NCBI GenBank assembly: GCA_002269645.1
Contig: NIVC01001181.1
Location: 279,387-343,386 of the forward strand
DNA length: 64,000 nucleotides
Source: Macrostomum lignano
Lineage: Eukaryota
Direction of reading: 5' to 3'
Part shown: piece after piece, positions 25,576 to 38,000 of the stretch
How the letters are laid out: every line of letters starts with the position of its first letter
Numbering within the stretch: position 1 is the first letter of the stretch
Notes under the pieces: model-generated
Told to the model about the DNA's origin: nothing
The model's database searches: none
Seen by the model: only the letters and a program-made list of their open reading frames with translations
Made by a program: the position numbers and the translations under genes

Positions 25576-26583
25576 TTATTTGAATCAATCGCGAAAACTC
25601 TGTTTGAATCGCGAATAAATTTGCTCTCATTTCATGCCAGAAGAAAGTGTCGTATTTTAAGTGCAAATGCAAATGCAATGCAAATGCAAAAGTGCAAGCT
25701 CTGATTCCGTGCCATTTGCACTAAATAATCTCCCTCATAGCCACAGGCTCCACAGCTCCAAATGCAGAGGTCACCGAGTTCAGAAAAGTGTAGACTAGCT
25801 CTGCCGTAAAAAAGCCCCTAAAAACCACATAAAAGCCCGGCGCAGCTGGTTTCTCTCACCGCAGTAAACAGCTTCCCAGAAGGTGAGAAACACTACAACC
25901 ATTGTTTACTGAGGGCCCGACCTGTAGCACCCGCCCCTCCCCCACCCCAGAGGTCTAAAAACTGATTCTGTACCGGATTTGTATCGGGCGTGACCCTGCA
26001 CCGCTTGCAGTTAGTTAGCTTTCTAGCATGCAGAGAGCAGTGAACTGGCCTTGCGGGGCCGCGTGAGAGACAGAGAATTCAGGGCATACTACGAATGCTT
26101 GGCAGCAGAGTATAATAGGTGTTATGCAGAGAATTAGTGACAGGGGTTTTACCCTGGGTCGTCCCCTTCACCCTCGCCTCTCAATTCACAATGCAGTGCG
26201 GCTTAAGTGCACTAAAGGGTGGGGCATTATTCAGGTCTCAAAACTGTCAACTCTCAAAAATACCTAAATGACAGGTTCGCAATTCTGCAAGCAAACTACA
26301 GCTAGACTCAATGACTCAACACATGTGGACCCTGGAAGGTCAGCGCAACTGAATCCACGGGTCTTCTTCAATGGCTATTTACTTAAAGCCTGTAATTGCA
26401 CCCATATAATTTCTTAGAAAAGTCTTCATACTGGCATGAAAGCTCCTAATTGTAGCTCTAAAACATGTGATATGGTATGAAATGGCAAATTATTTTATTA
26501 TTGATACTAATAAGCACAGATTATAACTATACTCTTACGACAGACGCGGACAAACCCTGCTAATTATCACTTTGTATTTTTAT

Positions 26584-26735
26584 TTAGTGACCAGTGTAAC
26601 TTGGTATCTGGACAATTGAACTCATATTTTAGGCTTAGTGACCAGTGTAACTTGGCATCTGGACAATTGAACTCGTATTTTAGGCTTAGTGACCAGTGTA
26701 ACTTGGCATCTGGACAATTGAACTCGTATTTTAGG
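26584..26735. repeat. 51-bp tandem repeat, 3 copies
   Basis: TTAGTGACCAGTGTAACTTGGCATCTGGACAATTGAACTCGTATTTTAGGC repeated three times. Confidence 0.9.
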
Positions 26736-28300
26736 TCTTTTGACCTCTTGTGTCTGCCGTTCATAAAAACTACTCGCATGTCATTCTGTGTAATTTCATA
26801 TGAATACCAGCTACTCTATCTTGCTTCTTCTATCTCACAAGCTCACACTACACCTCTGCAAGGCGGGGACAGTTAAAAAGACAGCCCTGGATATGTCCAA
26901 GCGTACTTTAATAAAAGCAAGTGCTTTCTAACTAGCTCATTTAAGCCTCTCTGTCTCTCTCTACCTGTCTCTCTCGCTTCGACAAACTAAACAGCCATGG
27001 AATGCGAAAACTATTTCTATTGGCATGGAATTTAGCTTAGCTATTAAACAATACAGCAACCCAAGGTATAAGAGGTGCTGTTGATGACGCTGCAGGCAGC
27101 CGGTGGGTGGAAATAGGTGCACATTCGTTGTAGGTTTTTGTTTTGTTAGTTGTTATTGTTGTGGTTGTTTTTGCTTATGTTGCAGATAGATCTTGGGAAA
27201 ATGTTTCTGCAAGTAGTTACTATAAATCAAGATGGACTATGTTTTAGTACTCCATGACTCAGAGTTCGAGTACGTACAATATTATACTGAAGTATTTAAA
27301 ATGCGCTTGAGGAGTATATAGAGAAGTCTGGGTAAGAAAGAAAGACAGGGAGAGGGAGAGGAAAGAGGAGAGCTGAATCCTTATCGTTCCAGGGTTATTG
27401 ACATGACGCGACTGGCGGAGGGGCGAGCCGAGTTCAAGTGTCTGACAACTGCCCCAAAAGTTCACTTTGCATATCATTTTTAGCCTTTTGCACTTAGGCG
27501 ACTCGTCTGAACCTGTTGCACTTTTGCCTCTCGAACTTATGCACTGCTCAAATTTCCTCCAAGTGCTCAATTCAAGATCATTTTACTTTTGAGACGGGTT
27601 ACCAACATAGATCAGAAATGGAAGACTAGCTAGGGAAGTTGTGAAGCTTGGAAATTGTGATGTCGAGTGTAAATTGTTAGAGTTGTGAAATTTCACAATT
27701 GTGAAAAAATTTAGGCTTAAAAATCTAGGCAAGTTTCTACTGAATCTGCAGGGATTAATAATATTGCGCAGATTTTGTTATAAACAGCTGGTTTTAGAAA
27801 AAGAAAGCCTATGCCTGTAGCAGAAAATGAAAAATGATTAAAAAGTGCGCGCGAACTCGCAGGCGGCCTCTTTCAGGAGGGAACAACCTCCTTTCCACTA
27901 AGGGGGAAGAGTTAGGGCAGGGTGAAGCTCACAGTGAAGTAACGAGGCTCCGGGCTGTGCCGTACGTTTGTACAGCAAAGCGGATTTCGTATATGATATT
28001 ACTCGTACCTTCGGTCAAGCCGTCTGACCTTAAACCTTAAATTAGTAAGCCTACTGGACTGGCTTTCAGTGGTGATGGTGTTGAATGGGATAAATAGGTA
28101 TAAGGTCAAAAAGCCACGAATTCAGGGTCTAGAGACACAAGAATTCTGTTGTCTGTACTAGAGGACGGTATTGGCCTCACACAGCAAGTTATTGCTAGTA
28201 TTCGTTTGGAAATGTTGTGCTTTCTGACGATTTTTCATTGATTTTTATGACAAGCTTCTAGCGGCTTTTTAGCCAAGTCAAGCTCCTAGTCAATTACATG

Positions 28301-30339
28301 TAGTGGCTATTCTAGTAGTCAATTAGTGGCTATTCTAGTAGTCAATTAGTGGCTATTCTAGTAGTCAATTAGTGGCTATTCTAGTAGTCAATTAGTGGCT
28401 TTTCTAGTAGTCAATTAGTGGCTATTCTAGTAGTCAATTAGTGGCTTTTCTAGTAGTCAATTAGTGGCTTTTCTAGTAGTCAATTAGTGGCTTTTCTAGT
28501 AGTCAATTAGTGGCTTTTCTAGTAGTCAATTAGTGGCTTTTCTAGTAGTCATTCAGCGGCTTTTCTAGTAGTCATTTAGTGGCTTTTCTAGTAGTCAATT
28601 AGTGGCTTTTCTAGTAGTCATTCAGTGGCTTTTCTAGTAGTCAATTAGTGGCTTTTCTAGTAGTCAATTAGTGGCTTTTCTAGTAGTCAATTAGTGGCTT
28701 TTCTAGTAGTCATTCAGTGGCTTTTCTAGTAGTCAATTAGTGGCTTTTCTAGTAGTCAATTAGTGGCTTTTCTAGTAGTCATTCAGTGGCTTTTCTAGTA
28801 GTCATTCAGTGGCTTTTCTAGTAGTCAATTAGTGGCTATTCTAGTAGTCAATTAGTGGCTTTTCTAGTAGTCAATTAGTGGCTTTTCTAGTAGTCAATTA
28901 GTGGCTTTTCTAGTAGTCAATTAGTGGCTTTTCTAGTAGTCATTCAGTGGCTTTTCTAGTAGTCAATTAGTGGCTATTCTAGTAGTCAATTAGTGGCTTT
29001 TCTAGTAGTCAATTAGTGGCTTTTCTAGTAGTCAATTAGTGGCTTTTCTAGTAGTCAATTAGTGGCTTTTCTAGTAGTCAATTAGTGGCTTTTCTAGTAG
29101 TCATTCAGTGGCTTTTCTAGTAGTCAATTAGTGGCTTTTCTAGTAGTCAATTAGTGGCTTTTCTAGTAGTCATTCAGTGGCTTTTCTAGTAGTCATTCAG
29201 TGGCTTTTCTAGTAGTCAATTAGTGGCTATTCTAGTAGTCAATTAGTGGCTTTTCTAGTAGTCAATTAGTGGCTTTTCTAGTAGTCAATTAGTGGCTTTT
29301 CTAGTAGTCAATTAGTGGCTTTTCTATTAGTCATTCAGTGGCTTTTCTAGTAGTCAATTAGTGGCTATTCTAGTAGTCAATTAGTGGCTTTTCTAGTAGT
29401 CAATTAGTGGCTTTTCTAGTAGTCAATTAGTGGCTTTTCTAGTAGTCAATTAGTGGCTTTTCTAGTAGTCAATTAGTGGCTTTTCTAGTAGTCATTCAGT
29501 GGCTTTTCTAGTAGTCATTTAGTGGCTTTTCTAGTAGTCATTCAGTGGCTTTTCTAGTAGTCATTCAGTGGCTTTTCTAGTAGTCAATTAGTGGATTTTC
29601 TAGTAGTCAATTAGTGGCTTTTCTAGTAGTCAATTAGTGGCTATTCTAGTAGTCAATTAGTGGCTTTTCTAGTAGTCAATTAGTGGCTTTTCTAGTAGTC
29701 ATTCAGTGGCTTTTCTAGTAGTCATTCAGTGGCTTTTCTAGTAGTCAATTAGTGGCTATTCTAGTAGTCAATTAGTGGCTTTTCTAGTAGTCATTCAGTG
29801 GCTTTTCTAGTAGTCATTTAGTGGCTTTTCTAGTAGTCAATTAGTGGCTTTTCTAGTAGTCATTCAGTGGCTTTTCTAGTAGTCAATTAGTGGCTTTTCT
29901 AGTAGTCAATTAGTGGCTTTTCTAGTAGTCAATTAGTGGCTTTTCTAGTAGTCATTCAGTGGCTTTTCTAGTAGTCAATTAGTGGCTTTTCTAGTAGTCA
30001 TTCAGTGGCTTTTCTAGTAGTCATTCAGTGGCTTTTCTAGTAGTCATTTAGTGGCTTTTCTAGTAGTCAATTAGTGGCTTTTCTAGTAGTCATTCAGTGG
30101 CTTTTCTAGTAGTCAATTAGTGGCTTTTCTAGTAGTCAATTAGTGGCTTTTCTAGTAGTCAATTAGTGGCTTTTCTAGTAGTCATTCAGTGGCTTTTCTA
30201 GTAGTCAATTAGTGGCTTTTCTAGTAGTCATTCAGTGGCTTTTCTAGTAGTCATTCAGTGGCTTTTCTAGTAGTCATTTAGTGGCTTTTCTAGTAGTCAA
30301 TTAGTGGCTTTTCTAGTAGTCATTTAGTGGCTTTTCTAG
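28301..30339. repeat. 23-bp minisatellite (GTGGCTTTTCTAGTAGTCAATTA)n
   Basis: About 89 copies with CAATTAG/CATTCAG/CATTTAG and CTTTT/CTATT variants. Confidence 0.95.
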
Positions 30340-30671
30340 GGGACAATGAGCGGTTTTTAGCAAAAGTGATCCAGACTGAACTCTAGTTGCCGTACCGTCT
30401 CATTTAAATGGAAACAAATTATTTAAGAAACTAAGATCACGCGATTAAACATATTGACTGTTTTTTACACTACTCCGCTGCAGTCGCACTCTACAAGGTT
30501 ACATTGTCTAGTCTAATTCAGAATCGTTTTGGGAAACGAATTAATTTCAGCATAGATTCTTCCATTTTTCTTGTCTGCGGTATTTGCGCCCTGAGCTTGT
30601 GTGAATAAACTTGACGAACCCATGCAGCAGCATTGCGCAAATACTCGCTGCGTAAGCGCGGTTAGACAGAC

Positions 30672-30683
30672 GCAGATATAAAA
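30672..30683 (+). promoter_or_regulatory. Candidate TATA box of CYP copy 5 (GCAGATATAAAA)
   Basis: About 230 bp upstream of the ATG and identical to the 12-mer upstream of copy 4. Confidence 0.35.
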
Positions 30684-30907
30684 ATAGCACCCTGTCGAGA
30701 GCTCTCTTTGGCAAACACAATTGGCTAAAAAGCTAAGGCACAACTGGCCACCCGCAGACACACACCGGTTGGCTGGGAGTCCCCCCCCCCCTTAACCCGA
30801 GGACTATCTAATGAAGGACAACCGCCGCTCCGCTAGACAGTAACCGCTCCCTTTACGCCTTCGTCTGTTCGCCATCTAATAAGACAGCCTACATAAGCCA
30901 AACTGCA

Positions 30908-32592
30908 ATGCAACCGCATCGCCAACTGTTCGCCGACTGGCTGCACTGGACGCTGGCGGTCACCGGCTTGGCTTCGAGTTCGACGTCCAGCAGTTCGACA
31001 ATGTGCTCGGCAGCTACGGCGATGGTAGCCGTGGCAGCCGCCGCCGCCGCCTACGCAGCCTACTGCAGCTGGAGGCGAGCTCGCGACCTGCCGCCCGGGC
31101 CTGTCGGGGTGCCGCTGCTGGGGCGACTGCCCTGGGCCGACGCCCTGTGCCTGCACCTGACGATGCAGAAGGAATGCCAGAAGTACGGCGACTTGTGCTC
31201 GTTCTATCTGGGCGGCCGACTGTTTGTGGTAGTGAACTCCTATCCGCTGATGAAGGAGATGCTGGACGACCCGGTGTTTGCGGGCAGGCCAAGACTGCGC
31301 CTGTTTGAGAAGATGACCAGGAACTGTGGCATATTTCTAGTCGAAGGCAAAGTCTGGTGCCATCAGAGACGACTGAGTTTGAGGACGCTGCGTGAGATCG
31401 GGTTCTCCGGCTCCAAGGCGGTTGGCATGATCGAGGATCAGCTGGAGCCGCTGCTACAGCAGCTGGACGAGGCAGCGGAGGCTGCGCAGCCGGTGAAAAC
31501 TCTGGACACATTTCTGCTGGCCGTAAATTCCGTCATCACCGAGATGACGCTTGGCAGGCGGTTTCACCGCGACGATCCCGACTTCAAGAAGGTGACCAGC
31601 CTGATCGCGGCCACGCTGGAGTCGGGCATCTCCGAGACCGCCTGCTTTCTGTTCCCGGCCGCCGAGAAGCTGCTGGACATCATACCGATGTCTACGCGGG
31701 TGTTTCGCGATGTCGAATACCTGAACGAGTTCTTTCGCCAGCAGATCCGACTGCGGGAGGCAGCGATGCCGGCTGGGTCCGATGTGCAGCCCACCTGCCT
31801 GTGCGATGCGTACATCCAGGTGAGACCGCTGGAAGAATTTAGAATTTGGTCCGAAGACCAGCACTAGTATAAAAGTAAACCAATTAGTGCTAAACCATTT
31901 CGTAAATTTTACAACAGGAGAAGCGCAAGGCTGAGAAGGCTGGCGACTTTGAGACGTTCAAGGAGTTCCAGCTCATCCGAGTGTGCTTCGAGTTCTACCT
32001 GGCCGGCACTGACACGACCGCCCGATCGATGGAGTGGCTGCTGCTCTACATGGCCTTCTATCCGGAGGTGCAGGACCGAGTCCAGAACGAGCTCGACTCC
32101 ATCGTCGGTCAATCGAGGCGTCCACGGATGCAGGACAGGACAGAACTGCACTACACCAGCGCTGTCATCGACGAGACCTACAGAAAAGCTTCGCTGGCTG
32201 CCATCGGAGTTTTCCATCGCTCAGTGGAAGACGCAACCTTCCACGGCTACCGGATCCCGAGCGACGCGATCATCATCCCACTGGTTTACGGCGTCCACCA
32301 CCGAGCCGAGTACTGGGAGAGACCGAACGAGTTCTACCCTGAGCACTTTCTCGACGACGAAGGTCGCTACCGGAGCAGTCCGTACCTCATCCCGTTCCTG
32401 ATTGGTCGGCGTTCTTGCGTTGGCGAGTCTCTGGCGCGAATGGAGATTGTCCTGTTCTTCACGGCCATCATGCAGCGGTACCGGGTGCGGCCGGCCCCGG
32501 AGAGTGCGGCAAAGAAGGACGACATCCTCAGGGGACACATGGGATCACTGCGAGTGCCCGGAGATTATCGGCTGATTTTCAGTCGTAGATAA
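30908..32592 (+). CDS. Cytochrome P450, CYP2 clan, copy 5; exons 30908-31819 and 31918-32592; up to 528 aa
   Basis: PPGP, WCHQR, AGTDTT, ETYR, PEHF and FLIGRRSCVG motifs. Phase-0 GTGAG...CAG intron of 98 bp. The start may be a later Met (MCSAATAM). Confidence 0.95.
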
Positions 32593-33546
32593 TTTATGAA
32601 TAATTGCTGCATCTTCAAGCACTTGTGAGCCGTCTCATGAGACAAAACGACGCCATTTTTATTGTTCTGGTGAACTGATCAGAAATAAACTCACAGTGTT
32701 ATTCTAGTCTAGTCCCTATTATAACACAGCTGTTGGTAGAAGTTGTTTTAAAAATTGAACAAACTAAATTTATTTTTCTCTGTCTGTTATCCTGCAATGA
32801 TGAAACTGTCATTAGCTGATATCAAGTATACAGTTCATATTTCAATTTATATCAATAGTCAATACAATGTATACGTAACTAACCCACTATATTAAAAAAG
32901 TAATAATAATAAACGAACAAATAAATTAAAACTTCACTTTACTAGCTCTGCATTATTTTATTGTTTATTATTTATTAGCCCACACAGGGCAAACATCCAG
33001 CAACTACTACAAACCGATATGGTTACCTTGTATATAATAAAAACAAAACTTACAAGCCACACATTACAGCTTTGCTACTTACACAAGTAGTGTAATTCGG
33101 ACTAAAACATAAAAACTTGTGAGTCAGACAATAATAATAATGTGAACTATAAGTAAAAAATCAACAGAACACAAAAACGGAGAATCTAAAAAGCGCTCAC
33201 ACAAATTAATATGATACTGCAATAACATTTCAGCAGCAAGTCAAGCATAAACTACAATACATGTTACCAGCAAGTTATGCAAGTGTGCTCACAATTATTT
33301 GCAGTAATTCAAACCAAATAATATAATGAAAATTTTCAGTATATTATTAGATCACGCTTAGGATCTACTTTGTACCAAACTAGAGAATAAAGAATTGAAA
33401 GAACAGTTTTCATTGCATCGTATTGAAACAACTAAAACAAATCTGCAATAAGAACTAGAACTCAAAACAATATGGGTCATTGTTTACAGATTTTCTACAA
33501 AATGGAAAGCTATCGGTGAAGGAAGTGAGATTACTGCGGAGTGGAG

Positions 33547-33735
33547 TGGGTGCGGGGCGTGAGGTGGGTGCGGGGCATGGGGGTGGGTGCGGGGCGTGGG
33601 GTGGGTGCGGGGCGTGAGGTGGGTGCGGGGCATGGGGTGGGTGCGGGGCGTGAGGTGGGTGCGGGGCATGGGGGTGGGTGCGGGGAGTGGGGTGGGTGCG
33701 GGGCGTGGGGGTGGGGGTGGGTGCGGGGCGTGGGC
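33547..33735 (+). repeat. G-rich 18-bp minisatellite (GGGTGCGGGGCATGGGGT-like)
   Basis: About 10 imperfect copies with multiple G3-G5 runs. Confidence 0.85.
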
Positions 33736-35094
33736 TAGGTGGTTGATTTATCTAGAACACAATTTGTCAATTGCTTGAATAGGTGTTCTGGCAGGCAAAA
33801 TCATAAAGAAACATTAAAAAAACAAATCTGCACAGGGCGTACCGATTAGAAGCAGTATATATACATATATATATATAACAATATATATATTGCATAACAA
33901 TAGGAACTTATATATATATAAGTTATTATGATTAAAACAGTCTTGTAAAAAAGTTATTAACAGAAAGCATTAAAACGAGAAAACACAGCAGGCAATAAAT
34001 CAGATATTAACACCGAATATTTACCATAAAAATCCAAACTAAGTCTCGAATAGGGAAAGTGCTGCGGTGGGGTTCAAAATAAAAAAGTTAACGGAAGAGA
34101 TAAGAAAAAGAAATTAAGACAACAAGCATAAGGACTGAAATTTGTCTGTTTATACAAAAGCAGAACGATCGATGAAAATTCATATTTTTGAAAAGATACC
34201 TTGAAGAATTAGATTCAATAAAATGCCAGCGAAAAAAACTAGGGGAGATTTTTTAATGCGAAAAACTCTTCGTTAAAAATGAATAGTTACAAAAACAGTA
34301 AAACAAATAATGCCGGAAAACAACAAAATGGATGATTGAAAAAAATACATTAAACAAAAATGTACACCTTCTAAACAGTTTAATAGTATAAGCAGTGGAT
34401 ATAGCAAAAAACAGCTGGATAAAATTTACAAAGAAGCCATGAATTCGCGGGAAAACCGTTTAAACAAAAAATGAATTATAAAACCAAAGGAAATTGACAT
34501 TTATTAACACAAAAAAACTGCATCAAGGTATTTAAACAAAGAATAAAAGCAATTTTAGTAAAAAAACAAAAATTAATGTAAACTGAATTTTAGTGCAGCT
34601 ATGACAGTTGCCAAAAAAACTTGAATTCGCGCCAAAACTATTTACAGTTATTAAAACGACTTCCTCGATTATAAGAATAAAAAGAATCGATATGGCACGA
34701 GTTCAAATTTTATTGACGAATGACAAATGAAAAAACAGGGCTAGGGATATCTGTAGGAACGAGTACATGCACATAAATAAATGAATAAGATAAGTAGAAA
34801 GCAAACAAAACTCCCTACAAAGCATATTCTAGTTTGTAACTACACTAGCTTAATATAGGAAAATTAAAAAGTTCGCTAAATATCGGCTGTTAGAGCTGAA
34901 TATACGCTTGTGTATACTTTTTATTCGAATCGGTGAGCATGAAATCTAGGTATCGAAATATTAATATTTTACTTATTAATTCCAAAAACAGTTTATGATC
35001 ATTCTCTAAACACGCTGGTTGCACGCTAGCTAAGATACAGCCTAAATAAATATTGATATCGATACATATCGGTAGTCATCAACATTAGCCATCC

Positions 35095-38000
35095 TCAATA
35101 GCTGGTAGCCGTAGAGCTGGACCTGGATAGGCAAGATCCGGCGCAGGTGAAATCGGGCAAGAATTTCAAGTAGCTCTGCAGTCGCCTTGGCAACAGCACT
35201 TGATTGCACAGGTACTGGTCTGGCCACATCTGGCGGAGTGAGTGGGGTTCGGGTGTACACGTAAGTTACGGTGACAATACCATGGCGTCTATACTACACA
35301 GATGACAATACCCAGGTATATATCACACTGGTACAATACTTAGGTATCTATCACACAGGTGACAATATACCCAGGTATCTATCACACGCAGGTGACAATA
35401 TACCCAGGTATCTATCACACACACGCAGGTGACAATACCCAGGTATCTATCACACACACGCAGGTGACAATACCCAGGTATCTATCACACAGGTGACAAT
35501 ACCCAGGTATCTATTACACAGGTGACAATACCCAGGTATCTATTACACAGGTGACAGTACCCAGGTATCTCTCACACAGGTGACAATACCCAGGTATCTA
35601 TCACACAAACACAGGTGACAATACACAGGTATCTATCACACACATATGACAATATACCCAGGTATTTCACACACAGGTGGCAATACCCAGGTATCTATTA
35701 TACACAGGTGGCAATACCCAGGTATCTATCACACAAACACAGGTGACAATACCCAGGTATCTATCACACACATATGAAAATATACCCAGGTATTTATCAC
35801 ACACATATGACAATATACCCAGGTATTTCACACACAGGTGGTGTTGTGATTGACAATGCTTGCGCAATGAACTGACCACTAACAATTAACTATTGACCTT
35901 ATTGAATGCGTGGGCGTATACTGTACTCAGACTAGAATGAGTAGGTGATTGCGTATCGATTTGGCAATGCAACGTGCAAGTAGGAGTTTTACCTCTATAA
36001 ATATATTGTGAGCGAGATTTGTGTCTCGCCGAGAAAGCTTCAATCAAAGAAACTCTCTGTGTTAATTAGAACACAACAGGTGGCAATACCCAGGTATCTA
36101 TTACACACAGGTGGCAATACCCAGGTATCTATCACACAAACACAGGTGACAATACCCAGGTATCTATCACACACATATGAAAATATACCCAGGTATTTAT
36201 CACACACATATGAAAATATACCCAGGTATTTATCACACACATATGACAATATACCCAGGTATTTCACACACACAGGTGGCAATATACCCAGGTATCTATC
36301 CCAGGTGTCCATCTTTACCTGCAAGATGACCTCCCTAGCCATCGCCCTGAGAGTGAGGGGCTGCGGCAGCTGTCTAACCATAACCGAACACTCGCTAGAA
36401 GTCGAACCGGTCGCCAAGCCGAGCCCTGCAGCCAGGCCAGGAGGTCCGGCAACGCCAACAGTCGAATTAATTGAAGCCACGGCAACGCTAGTTGTGCCAC
36501 TAGAAGCCGCTGAGCCATAGGTGAAATTAGTTGCGTAGGCAATTCTGGATCCGCATCTGGACAGCACCGGCGTGTAATTAGCCGGGCAGCTGTGCAGCGG
36601 GCAGGCATAGCGGCTGTAGCGAAGGCAGTAGACACGGACCAGGGTGTCCGAGTTGAACGCGACTAGCTGACAGGCCAGTGGCTGCCTAGAAAGTTTTTTA
36701 ATTTCCAATTGGATCTCTCTCTGTTCTCTCTAGTGTTCTCATTGGTCGAGACTAGGATTGGCAGTCTCTCTCTATCCCTTCTCGTGTTCTGATTGGTCGA
36801 GACTAGGATTGGCAGTCTCTCTCTATCCCTTCTCGTGTTCTGATTGGTCGAGACTAGGATTGGCAGTCTCTCTCTATCCCTTCTCGTGTTCTGATTGGTC
36901 GAGACTAGGATTGGCAGTCTCTCTCTATCCCTTCTCGTGTTCTGATTGGTCGAGACTAGGATTGGCAGTCTCTCTCTATCCCTTCTCGTGTTCTGATTGG
37001 TCGAGACTAGGATTGGCAGTCTCTCTCTATCCCTTCTCGTGTTCTGATTGGTCGAGACTAGGATTGGCAGTCTCTCTCTATCCCTTCTCGTGTTCTGATT
37101 GGTCGAGACTAAACTCCAACTCTTCCTGCAGTTTGATTGGTCAGCACCACTCTGACTTCAGTTTAACAAAAGTATAAAAATCACCTTGAGCGACGACCAC
37201 CACCACCACCTCCGCCGCCGCCACCGCCGCCGCCACCTCCGCCAGAGCAGAGGCACTCGGCAGTCTCAGTAGTAACCGCCAGCAGCAGATGACCAGCCTT
37301 GGTGTACAGAAGCCGTCGAACAGTTTGATCAGGCGGCAGGCCGAGCGGCGAAGTGCGAAGTCGCAGCCATTTGTGACAGTCCAACACGCAGATGCCGCCT
37401 GAAGCGGCGGCAGCTGCTGCGGCAGCGGCGGCAGCAGCGGCGGCGGCGGCTCTCGGCGTGGCGGCCCGGAGCGGGTGCTGGTGCTGCGCGTTGTTGCCGG
37501 CAGTGGAGCCACCGGAGGAGGCGGTCGATGACACCCGGCCGAAATTGGTGGCAGCCAGGCGGAGGTTGGCAAAGCGGGGATCGAATGCGAATAGGCAGCC
37601 GGCGCGGGAATCATCAGCTGCGGTGGGGCGACGGTGAATGGGTGGATGAGAATTGGTGAATACGTGGAGCGGGACTGGTGAATGGATGCTTCAGTATTGG
37701 TGAATGGATGCTTCAGTATTGGTGAATGGATGCTTCAGTATTGGTGAATGGATGCTTCAGTATTGGTGAATGGATGCTTCAGTATTGGTGAATGGATGCT
37801 TCAGTATTGGTGAATGGATGCTTCAGTATTGGTGAATGGATGCTTCAGTATTGGTGAATGGATGCTTCAGTATTGGTGAATGGATGCTTCAGTATTGGTG
37901 AATGGATGCTTCAGTATTGGTGAATGGATGCTTCAGTATTGGTGAATGGATGCTTCAGTATTGGTGAATGGATGCTTCAGTATTGGTGAATGGATGCTTC

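Noticed and set aside
35042-35260. 72-aa ORF MYTRTPLT... as the last SOCS-gene exon
   Set aside because: A different frame starting after the CAG acceptor at 35230 gives the canonical SOCS-box second half, so this ORF is the wrong frame.
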